Part shown: positions 1 through 11,134 of the stretch, piece by piece | Numbering within the stretch: position 1 is the stretch's first letter | How the letters are laid out: the number at the start of each line of letters is the position of its first letter | DNA from: Vermamoeba vermiformis | Taxonomy: Eukaryota | Length of the DNA: 64,000 bases | Reading direction: 5' to 3' | Assembly: GCA_045837725.1 (NCBI GenBank) | Contig: JBEWZL010000073.1 | Location: 62,001-126,000 of the forward strand | Made by a program: the position numbers and the translations under genes | The notes under the pieces: model-generated | The model's input: the letters and a program-made list of their open reading frames with translations, nothing else | Told to the model about the DNA's origin: nothing | The model's database searches: none

Positions 1-65
1 ATAATAATAACTGCTCGGAAATGCCTCTTTCCAAATAAGGCAAGTTGTACTGACGGCGTTCGCAG

Positions 66-160
66 CGGGGTCGCCACAAGCTATGGGAGCAGGGTGCGTG
101 GGCATGGCAGCATTCGGCTTTGCGATGGACTGGCTGTTCAGAACTGCGCTGGGCATGTAA
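66..160 (+). CDS. Last exon of a Tim17/Tim22/Tim23-family mitochondrial inner-membrane translocase (Tim22-like); gene starts upstream of the window
   Basis: After a branch site and acceptor (actgac...cgcag, ending 65) the frame reads GSPQAMGAGCVGMAAFGFAMDWLFRTALGM*, similar to the Tim22 C-terminal GC.GFAAFS.AIDY helix. Confidence 0.55.
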
Positions 161-481
161 TTTGTGAATAATAAATCAACTGCAGTACTACTAGTAGTCG
201 TGTAGCATCGGTGATGTGATGGCTGTGTCGTCCAGCCCTAGCAATGTAAGAATGGCAACAGGTCACCGAGGACAAGCTGCGTTACCAAATAAGGAAATAA
301 TGAAGATCACGTGATCATCGAACAGTGTCAAGCACTCACTGGCAGTGTACCTGAAGAGAGTACGTGTTGATATCCTCAATATTTTATATTACATTCTCTT
401 ATTACTATTAACATCACCTATTCTCTTATTATCATACAAGTAGTATTATACCTCGCCTATGCAGCGCAGTTGCAGTGCATT

Positions 482-1462
482 CTAATTCGTCCATTTTTCG
501 ACTGGTCTGTTCTTGCCCAGCACAAAGGGCTCGAATGGATAGGACTCGCGATTCAAGACCAGTCGCTGCTCTGTCAAGAACTGCGCCATGAGCCCCTTCT
601 CCGAGCCCCAAAAATGAATGCAAAAGTCACCGCGCTGCCACTGCCCCACGCGACTGGACTTGTAGGGCTGCTGCAGCTGTTTCCAAGCGAGCATGTGGGC
701 ACGAGGCACGTACTCCACTCGTTGCAGTAGCTGTTGCAGTGCTTGTTGATCGTCGAGGTGCGTCAGTGCATAGACTTGAGTCAGCAGCCGGCGCGTCCAA
801 TGCGAGCTGTGCACGAACATAGCCCCTGCATTGAGACTCCATGAGGTGCCTGTGCGCGAGGGACCTGCCGCTAGGAACTCGTAGCGCGTGTCGATGAATG
901 ACTCGAGGGGGATGGAGAAGTTTGTAAAGATAATGTCGCTGTCGAACCACGCCACGTACTCGCAGTAGTCCAAGTAGCGTTCAATGAGCCGGATCTTGAA
1001 TTTGAAATTCTCCAGGCGCTGCACATATTTATTGGAATGGTAGAAGAAGAATGGATAGCCCCAATGATTCGCGTATTCTAAGAAGTACGGCAGGGTCAAT
1101 TCAACCACATCCTTGTTGTGAAACGCGGTCAGCAGGCAGATCGGTGACTTTTTTCTTTGTAGCGTTGTATTGAGCGTTGTGGACTGCTCAAGGGGCGATT
1201 CGGCGCTATACGGTGCTATTGGGGATGTATTTGTGGTTTGTTGCGGAGAGTCGTTCGCTTTATCAATCGATTAATAGGCAAGTTATTGCTATTATAATAG
1301 TGCTCGAATATTACCGTTAATTTGTAGTGTTTCTATCTTGCGTGCTTGCTCCGCTAAAGCCGCGTTCAGTTGCGCAATCTCTTTGTAATAATATTGGATG
1401 GTGAAGAAGTAGACGAGTGTCCCAAGCACGATAATGGCTATATTGCTGCTGTGCGGTCTCAT
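482..1462 (-). CDS. Type II membrane glycosyltransferase, GT34 (galactosyl transferase GMA12/MNN10-like)
   Basis: ATG at 1462 gives MRPHSSNIAIIVLGTLVYFFTIQYY (N-terminal TM) plus one intron at about 1259-1315. Catalytic exon has EYANHWGY, YVAWFDSDIIFTN (DxD), LNAGAMFV, DQQAL and GDFCIHFWG. Confidence 0.8.
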
Positions 1463-2019
1463 CTTCGATTAAGTTGTGAGTGAATCATATCATACGAACT
1501 GATGTGTAGGCCGAGCCGAGGACGTCAGTTAAATTAACGAAGGATCATGTATTCTCTTGTGGTAGTTGAACGACAATTAGACTACATAATTGGCTATCGG
1601 GTAATTGTTTTGATTTGGTAAAGCTTGTACAACGGAATACTGGAGCACATTGAACTCGAAGTGGTTTAACTTTAGCATCGCATTGCAGTGGGCATTTAAA
1701 ACAGGTCTATGTAGTATAATAACATTATAATGAGCAAACTCGGCATCATATCGAACAAATTCTGATCTCTGTTGAAATTTACCTTGCGAGTGAAATCTCA
1801 TCAATGTCAGACTGTTCAATGCGCTACCACGAGTGTCAAATTTAAGTACTTACAGCTCAAATTGCATCACTAATTGTATGGAGGCAAATTACAGTCAACA
1901 ACTGCCGAGGGAGGTCAGAACATGAATCATTAGAAACTTAAATAATTAATTATTATTAATATTAGCTTTGGCAATTAATATGCAGTTACCTCACCAGACG
2001 TGATTTGCGCGTGTTAAGA

Positions 2020-3847
2020 ATGATCGACAAGTCTTTACACGCACTCGCTGCTTTTGAATTAATTCAGCGTCCCAAATTCCGATTAACTGATAATACGCTC
2101 AATATACTCGTGGCTGGTCCGCCCAATTCAGGTCCGTGAATAAGACTGCATATTTTCAGGCCTATATGGATGCATCCGAGAGACTCATTTAATTTCCTTT
2201 TTAGGCAAGTCCTTGCTGGTCTCCACGCTCGTCAACGAGCCCAACACACGTGCGCACAACGAACACGTGGTCTTCACGCGCAGTCTCGCACTCACTGGCG
2301 CACTGCACTCCAAGTCACGTGTTGGCAGAGAGCGCCATTTGACATTTTTTGACGTCAAAGCTGGTCGGAAAAAAGTTCTCCCGGTGCAACTGCTGACCTA
2401 CGCGGCACTGGTAAATATTGCTATTTTTGGAAACCAGTTCTGATCGTGCTCAGAGTGAATTGTTGCTGCTCGTGGTCAATGCGCACGAGTTGTCTACCAG
2501 GGCCGAGCAGTACGAACATTCAGTGAAATTTCTCCGCGCCCAGCTGTTGAGCACCATGTTCGCGATGAGTGCACGTGATGTCGTGGTGGCACTGAACCTG
2601 CACCACGCGAGTGACCTGCACGGTGCTGAAGGTACGTCGTGCGCTATATTTAGCTCGTGATTGCAGTGCTGAACTCGTGAGCAGAGTTCACTGAAGCGAG
2701 ACAGCAATTGACACGTGTCATCAGTGACACTTGTGACATGTATCCTGCGTGGTATCCTTCGTCTGACAGGCGGTGGCACGTGGTCTACGTCCCCGTCAAC
2801 ATCAAGCGCGGCTTCAATTTGACACCTGTCAATCAGAAGTTCTCGTGGTATCACGGCGCTGATCTGTTAACTGTATTGGCGGAAAATCAGCAGCGGAATT
2901 ACTACGACGAAGATATCTGGAGCAGACTCGTCCACTCTCCGCTTAATTATCCGATGATCTCCGCGATGAGGGTCAGCGGCATCGGGACAGTGGCAGGTGG
3001 CATAGTGCTGAGTAAGTCTGGACACGGTACGACACTCGATTTGACACGTTTGACAGGTGGCACTGTGCAGTACCGCGACGACTTGCTGATTTTTCCCTCG
3101 ACGAAATTTCCCGCTAATGTGCTGGGCATTGCGACCAACAGACAACAGCCGTCAGACGCCAAGCTCTGGCCTGGTATGATGGCACAGTATTGCCTAATTT
3201 GGACTGACACGTGCCAGGTGACGTTGCGGGGATTAATTTGAGATTCACATCGGTCAACGAACTGGCCCCCAAATATGGCTACCTGACGAGTCGCAGCTAT
3301 GTCACCGCTGAGGGCGTGGCAGTGGCTCAAAACAGCGTGCAAGTGTTTGCCTTCAGAGTCGCCGTTCATGAACTGACGCCGCGCAGGCTGGTCCTGCATC
3401 AGAGCTACGTGCTGTTCTACGGCACTGCGCGCATCGTCTGTATCTTGGCGTGGAGATTTCCTGCCGAGTCCAGTGAGCGGCCGAGCGATCACGTGATCAT
3501 GGTGCCACTCACGCACTACCCTGTCACGTGCTACGCACCCAGTGACACGCAGAAGAATTTGCACGGCAAAGTGCTGGTCGTGATCAACGGCACGTGCGCG
3601 GCACTGGGCAGAATTGATCGCGTGATGCAGGGCCCCAACCCCTACGCCGCACCGACACGCCAAGGTAACGTGATGAGTGCAGCAATCAGTGCTAATAGTG
3701 TTGTTAGACTACGAGGCACAGTACGCGCAGCTCTGCACGCACCCCGATCCGCTGTTTTCAGTGAACGAGCGAGCACTGCAAGAACAATTTGTGGAGCACG
3801 TGAAACACAGTGGCATTCAAGCGACACTGATCAACAATCGCGATTGA
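2020..3847 (+). CDS. Highly divergent eEF1A/HBS1/eRF3-family translational GTPase paralog (probable pseudo-GTPase), 5 exons
   Basis: Spliced product: LNILVAGPPNS|GKSLL (P-loop across intron 2132-2204), LTFFDVKAG, VVVALNLHH, VYVPVNIKRGFNLTPVNQKFSWYHGADLL (cf. eEF1A VPISGWHGDNM...PWYKGPTLL), RVSGIGTV and WPGDVAGINLR (domain II), GKVLVVINGTCAALGRI (domain III). Confidence 0.75.
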
Positions 3848-4034
3848 CGGTGCATCAGTGGGGGCAATAGAGTCGCTTTATTGTGCTACAAGTCCATCAA
3901 TCGGCACTGCTGCACCCCTCGGGCTGGTCAGTGTTGCTCCCGTCACTGGCGCGCTGCTCTGTGGTACTGCTGTAGCTGAGTCCTGAATAGCCTGTCTTCG
4001 TTGTCTGCCACCATAAAAGTGCTCGTTCAGTGAA

Positions 4035-7000
4035 TTACTTGACTATTTTTAGCATGCGGTACAGTGTGGAATCGGGTTCGACAGGTGTCACAAATTGACC
4101 TACGGCGTGTTTCAGTGAATTCACTGCGAATTCTGCGTGCACGCGGCACACTTCGTCTTCGTCGTGGGTCTGCGAATGACACGTGTCAAACAAAAGATGG
4201 CATCAAGTGTCAACTGCTTACCTGCACGTGCTTGAGAGTGCCATAAATAGTGCGCAGATGATGAGGCAGCACTTCAAACACTTCGTCGTCGAGACCTGTC
4301 AACAGCTGTGCGTACAGATTGATGACACCTGCGTGACACGTGTCAATCACTGACTCGTACGGTAATCACATGTCGCACTCACCTCGACGCACTTCGACTG
4401 TCGTGTCAGACTGCAGCAAGGACTGGGCACATGACACGATCTCTTCCAAATAAGGCAATAGCGCGTAGTGCAGCAGTTCGCACAGTTCAGCTAAATTAGA
4501 CAGTGCACTGGCACGCATCAGCGGATCTGGATCTCGACAGCCGGCTAAAAATATCGGCACCAGTGTGTTTGCTAAAGAATTGTTAGCAGAGTTGCAAAGA
4601 CTGAGGGCTGGAATTACCATATTTGGGCAATGCTTCACCGAGACGTTGTGCGATCTATTTACTAATTAGGAAATGCTTCTACAACCAGTCCGACCTACCT
4701 GCAAAAATGCCTCGCCTATTTTTAGCCGCACTTCCAGTCGCTTAGTGAGTTCCAGTTCAGTGAACGATTTGTTCTTTGAATGCGCGCCAATCACTTCTAT
4801 TTTAGGCTTCTGCTCATTGGCACCAGTCTGATATTCCAAAAATAGCTCTCTCATCAGCGGAACAATGGTGTCAAACTCGACATCGCCCAGGGCACTAAAT
4901 CCCCGAATAGCTCCGAGATACACGTAGCTGTCATCGTCCTGCAACTGCGTGCGGAATATCTCGATGACACGTGTCAAGTGCTGCATGGTGTGCGGGTCAC
5001 GTGCCAGCACCAATCTCCGCAGCGCAATTAATCCGTGCGCGCGCACTGGCAGCAGCGGGTCATTGAGATCTCGCAGCGCAGATTCAAGCGCGTTCACTGA
5101 ATTGTCGTTCACTGAACCAGTGCTGTCACTGGTCTTGGCCCACGAGATGTCGCGATTGACAATTTTGTCGTGCAGGGCAGTGGCACTCGAGGCCAGTGAC
5201 TCGCGCGGGAACTGACCAATCAGACGCAGCGGTGCCACCAAGTCGAACAAGAGCAATTCTTCCGCGCGATCGATCGTCCGACCGCTGTGCAGCATCGTGT
5301 CCAAAATAGTCAATGCAATTTGCAGCATCTCCTCGTCAATCACGTGCTGGTCGTCAGTCACGTGCTCGGCCATGCTGTCCACGCACTGATCGATCAGCAC
5401 GCGGAGAAATGTCAAGATCTGCACGACATTACTAAATATGGAATCTTTGAACTGCTCGCACATCAGTCCCAACAGTGACAGCAGAAAAGAATTCAATTCA
5501 CTGAACGGTAGTGTGTTAGAGCGGTCTTGACTAAATTAGGAATAGGATATCATACCCTGAGTCACGTGCCACTTTGAGCTGATCGATCAACAAGTGCAAT
5601 ATTTGCACAAAATAGTCGCCAATGAATGCAGACTTGTTATTGACGCCTGTCAACATGTCAATCACGCACTGGGCCTCGACGGAGTACTCGGCCAAGCTGT
5701 TTCACTGAATTAGAATTGTTGCAAACACTGCTGCACACGTACCCCGCTGACTCGACGCGCACGAGGCTGAACAGCGTGCCCTGGTCGGTGACTTGCGCCC
5801 GATAGCGATATTGCCATTTTAGGCAATCTCTCTTGCGCGGCAGATCGATCACGATGATGTGCAGCACACGTGTGAGTTCACTGGACTCGACGGCATTGGC
5901 CCACGTGACTAACATCTCTTTGACACGTGTCAACAGCTGTTCTGTGTGCGAGTCACGCTTTGACATGCGGTACAGTGCAGCGTACAGCCCAAATAAGGCA
6001 GGAAGCACTAGATTGGCGTCAGTTCAGTGAAAGATTACTATATTTGGACTGACCTGGCGTCACAATCTCGCACATGACAGGTGTCACGTGACGCGTCAAC
6101 AGTTCGTGCAGCTCAGTGACACTTTGGTCCAGATCAGCATTTGACACTATGACACGTGTCATACTCGTTGTCACGCTGTTCAGTGAAAGCAGACCACGTG
6201 CTTGCGTCACGTGACTGGTGTCTTGGTCGAACTGTTTCATGAATTCAGTGAACGGGTGCAATATCTCGCGCAGGAGATAGTTCATCACGTGCTCGCGGTG
6301 TTGTTGCAGCAGCAGTGTCACGACACTCACCGCGCAGGACGCGAAATGACACGCGTCAGGTCCGCGCACTGTCAACAGCTGTCGCACTTGCGGACAAATT
6401 TGTGCAAAGTATTCTGCGGCTGTCAACTGACGCGGGACTGCTGTCACAATGCGCGCTGCTTGCAAATAACTGGCGGGAGATACTAGCGGAGATATTAAGT
6501 CAGGGCAGTGCAGGCAATCAAACAATTACCATTTTTGGCAGTCAGAATCGGCGTCAGCACGCCAAACAGTCCACCAGGGCGGAGTAATAGGCGCGAGAGA
6601 ATTGTTCCGATCTGTCGCGTCACGTGTGGCACTGGAGGTGATTGCGCACTTGCCAATTTAAGTAATGCGAAGAGTTGTTCCGCGAGATCGGTGACTGACA
6701 CGTGCTCAATCAGATACTCGAGCTGTGCTGCAGACCACTGTTTGACACGTGTCATCTCTTCATCCGTGCAGTTTGTCACGTGCTCAGTGCCAGTCACGTG
6801 CATGACACCTGCTACCACGTCACTCAGCACCGCTCTGTGGATTTCACTCCACAATTCATCGGCGGAAATACTTTCAATGAACGCGCGAATCACGTGCAAC
6901 AGCGCTGCAAATGAAGGCTGTGCGGCGCTGAACGAGTCCCTGGCACTCTTGCCATATTTGGACAAGTGCGGCACGAGAGCGGTGCGGCAGAGCAGTTCAG

Positions 7001-7500
7001 CCAGTCGTTGGAGCATGTTCCGCGCTGTCAAACTCAGCACTGGCACGGAGGGGCTGACACCTGTCAGTCGGAGGTCAGTATCGAGTGGTGAGAGTCTTTT
7101 GACGCGTGTCAAACACAGACCTTGACGTGCGTGTACGATGCGAGCCACGTGCCGCACCAATTCGGCGCCAGTGACACTCAGCTGTGCAGTCCAGTGACAC
7201 GTGTCAACATTCAACACCGTCGAGGGCAGTGTTGGACACGTGTCATTGGCAAGCTCTGTAGCAGTCACTTCTAAATTAGGCAACAGAGCACGCACTTGAG
7301 CCACTCGTTCAGTGAAATGTTGCGCGTAGTCAGTGATGGGCACTAGCAGCGGAGTTAGTGAGAATAAGGCAGTGTGAATATATACAATATAAGCGAGAAT
7401 AGTGAAGAGAATAGGACATGTAACATATAGAGGGTGTATTATTAATCGTATAAGTGTGTCGAATAGTGCGGTGACGTCATTACGAGAGTTCCGCAACTAT
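4035..7500 (-). CDS. TANGO6: TANGO6 / Rtp1-family HEAT-repeat protein (multi-exon; start codon not resolved)
   Basis: LRDLNDPLLPVRAHGLIALRRL, LQDDDSYVYLGAIRG, RLKIGEA, DPDPLMRASALSNLAELC, LSRLLLRPGG and AAEYFAQICPQV motifs; stop at 4035. Confidence 0.85.
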
Positions 7501-8125
7501 TCTGCACCATCAATATAGTACCCCATCGTGCATATTAATATGAGCGGTAATTAACAAAATTATTGCCGCAATTTTCTGTGGCAGTACAAGTCAGATTTCA
7601 ATCGAATGGAGTGGTCAGATCCACCCAATCGGCAAGAGATGCCTTGTTCGTACCTTCAGAGGTGACCAACAATTTAATAGCAGCGAGTAGTGACGTCAGA
7701 TCTGGTTCATTTGTCGTGCTCATGTTGATCCGCAAAACAAAATGCTCAGAACTCGTGTGCTCAAGAATTTATCCCCCATCACTCAGGCTCACTCCACATG
7801 AAAGTGAGTAGCTGTATGCTGATATAGCAACACCGTCCCACATGGGTCCGGTGCTCAAGGATGGTAAGATCGTGCTCAATTGTCTGCATCTGCAGCCAGT
7901 ACACGATAGTTCCTACTGGCTCGTATAAGGTTTCAAGAGGAGTGTCATTGATTCTCCTGTATGATATGAGGCCGCGCTTCATCGATAAAATCAAGCGGAT
8001 CTGTGTTCAGTTCATTTTATTTTTTTGACTGGCAAGACGTCAAGACTGCAGGGCTAATTGTTTATTGTAGTTGCAATAGCAGTCTTGTATATTAATATCT
8101 GTACATACTCTTCCGCTAATACATC

Positions 8126-10185
8126 ATGTGGTCACTCCTGAGTCGGATGTCGATCCGCGCCCCAGAGGCGAGAGTAATTACACGAGTGCGTGCTACAACT
8201 ACACCAATCACGCGCAGCACTAGTGTGGTCTTGTTGCAGCGCAGACACAGCTCGAACAAGCCTGGCGGTCAAACTGCTCCCACCCCTAAAATCCAAAATA
8301 GACACGCGAACAAACCTCTGCATGCTCCCAGGTACTCACAATTCATCGAATAATACTTATTCGGTATTTAGAGGCTGCGTAGTAATTTTATAAAAATTTC
8401 TATGATTTATTTGATATTAAAATAATTATTGCCACAAAACGGCTAGATCTTCGCTTTTAATTGGTTGATATTTGCGCATGCCTCGAGACAATCACTTCAT
8501 ATATTTAAATTGTAATTATATAGCATTATTAATTGATTTATTCCTTCGTTGTAACAGAGATCATCTGCGCTCCACTCACAAAGGAGCAAATCCAGCAGGC
8601 AACACTGAGGGTGCAAACACCAATAGACCGAACAACGACTATAATAATAGCAACAACAACAACGCTGGTAATAACAACGCCCCTCGTCAATTCAGACCAC
8701 GTGACGGACAAAACAACAGACCCTACAACAATCGTCCAAATAAGGAAGGTCAGGGAAGACCTCCACGAACATTCACGAACGGTGACAAACAAACACTTGC
8801 AAACTCTAACCGCACTGGCGCGCAAGAGAGTGACAGCAACAAGAAATTCCGCCGCACAGAGCCCGCACGCGTGGAAGGTGTCAAACCTCCGACAATTCTC
8901 CGCACATCACGTGACCGTGCCACCATTCCCAGCAGCAAACGATCTCCGGACAGCGAAGTATTGCCCGACGACTACGGTGAGTGCTTGATTTCCTAATTAG
9001 GGCGTGTCACTGACCGCACTTGCCAAATATAGAAGCGTACGAGGCCGAGTTAGAGGAGCTGCACCGCGCAGATCTGGGTCAGTTTGAAGAGCCTGAACGA
9101 CCAGAGCCGACCTTGCCCGAAGAGGAAGTGGATCCCCGTGCAGCGCAAGAGCTCGAAGAACAAGAGCTGTTCATCACCGACAACTCGCAGCCAGATCCGC
9201 GTCGAGTCAAGAAATTCGTGGAAAAGAAGAAGAGCGACAAGTACAAGACAGCGCGCAATGGCAAGAAGCGCGGCGACAAAGAGAGTGCTGGCCCCCTGCC
9301 CGTGGGTGCAGCCAAGAAACGCAAGCGCGTGCACGAAGAGGACGAGGACGACGAGGGCAGTGCGGGGCCGTTCAACTTCCCTGGCGCGCGTCAACACACC
9401 AATCTCATCTCCACGCAGAGCCGCTATCTCGACACCGCTGTGTTCGATGCGCAAGCGGAACAACTCGCCACCAGTCAGAAGTTGCAAGCATTCGCCGCTG
9501 ACTATGCAGCACAGGGCGAGGTCGATGCCTCGATGCGCATGGCCATCACGGATCTGCGCCGCAATGTGAGTACGAACTTTGAGCGGGAAATGCAGCGCGA
9601 ACGAAGCAAACGACTGCAAGAGCTGAAGCAAGACAAGACGCGCGAGAAGTGGCTCAACAAGAAGCGCGCAGAGATCACTGCGTCACGTGCGCAGAGAAAA
9701 GCACGTGCCAAAGAAGTGCGCGCCAAACTGAAGAGCCAACTGAGCGAGGTCAAACAACAGGCTGGTGCGGCGTATTATGCTGAGCTGGGTCACTGGTTCA
9801 CTCGCGAGGAGTTGCTAGGTGAGTAGTGCTGCCACCAATGTGTCACAGTACTAATCGTGTGCTCGCAGTGCCGCAAGTGCGCGATGCCCTCAGTGCCGTG
9901 GTGCGCAATCCGACCATGACCAAACAGCAGCGTCTGCAGCTCGTGTTGCACGTGCAGAAGTTGTTGGAAGAGGTCAAGAAGATACCCAATGATACTAAGC
10001 GCATGTACAGAGAGCTCTTGTTGCCTGAGAACTTGAACCGAGCCAAGCCGACGGATGTGCGTCTGATCGAACACAACATGGTCATCCCGATCTACGACTG
10101 GCATCAGATGATTGCTCTGGCTGAGAGTGAAATGACCCCCGAAGAGAAGTCTAAGCGATATGCTCCTCCTCCAAGCGATAAATAA
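8126..10185 (+). CDS. Hypothetical, probably mitochondrion-targeted protein with N-rich, acidic and basic coiled-coil segments (4 exons)
   Basis: Arg/Ser/Thr-rich, acid-poor N-terminus MWSLLSRMSIRAPEARVITRVRA...LQRRHSS; long open frames joined by GT-AG introns. Confidence 0.7.
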
Positions 10186-10493
10186 TACCTTCAAATGCAT
10201 TTCAATTAATTCTAACGAGATGTGGTCTGCGAAACAAACTTTGTAATTCATTTTTGTTTAAAATTCAATAAATTAATATTCGAATACGTAGGCTCAATTA
10301 CTCTTCGCGGGTGGCTCCGCAATCGATCACGTGGCATTGTTTTTCGCTTTGTCGGGTAATTCCCTTTTTTAGGCATCGGAACTGAGTGGTTTTGCCTCCC
10401 TGAGTTGGTGTGAAACTATTTGTACCGGTCAGAATACCACAATAAGACTATATATCTCCTCACTCGCCAGCTTGTCCAGGTGTGCCATGTGAG

Positions 10494-10982
10494 ATGGTAC
10501 AATCAGATCGAAACAGCGACGGTTGTTGTGCATTCAGCAGCAAAAAGAAACAGTACGTGAACTGGCTGCACACATTGGCGATAAAATGACTAATATCATT
10601 CGTGCACAGGAAATTATTGGTGACCGAAGAATCGTTCACTGACCTATTAACCAACAAAGATCTGTACCGGCGGTTTGAAGAGTTTCTGAAATCAGAACTC
10701 TGCAGTGAAGCATTATACTTCTACAAGGACACCACAGAATATCACAATAGACAAAGCCGCGACAGATTGGAAATGAAAAAAGAAGTGGATGAAATTATTG
10801 AAAAGTACTTCGATGCAGATTCACCAACGTTCGTGTACATTCCAGAGTATTTGAGCGAGGAAGTCTGGAATAGCAAAGATTACCCTCATCGAGAACTGTT
10901 TGAAGACGCCAGACTCGATATTGAGAGCTTGTTGAGGACCAAGTTCATTGCTTATTGCAAAGTTCAAAGCAACAGCGACTAA
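10494..10982 (+). CDS. Small RGS (regulator of G-protein signalling) domain protein, 2 exons
   Basis: SFTDLL...FEEFLKSELCSEALYFY...IIEKYFDADSPTFVYI...LFEDARLDIESLL is a typical RGS-box pattern; intron at about 10553-10609. Confidence 0.85.
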
Positions 10983-11134
10983 AATGGAAAATGATTCGAA
11001 TTGTATTATATAGCACTTATAGGACATGTAGATATTGGCGGAGCTTGCGGAATTGGAATAAAAAATTAGTTGAATTCTCATCCCGATCTCGGTACAAAAA
11101 TTTTTCTCGCTGTACAAGTATTTTATTATTGTTC

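Noticed and set aside
1577-1819. Small intergenic ORFs (also 7563-7994 and 61324-61578)
   Set aside because: Non-ATG starts, no family motifs and no splice support
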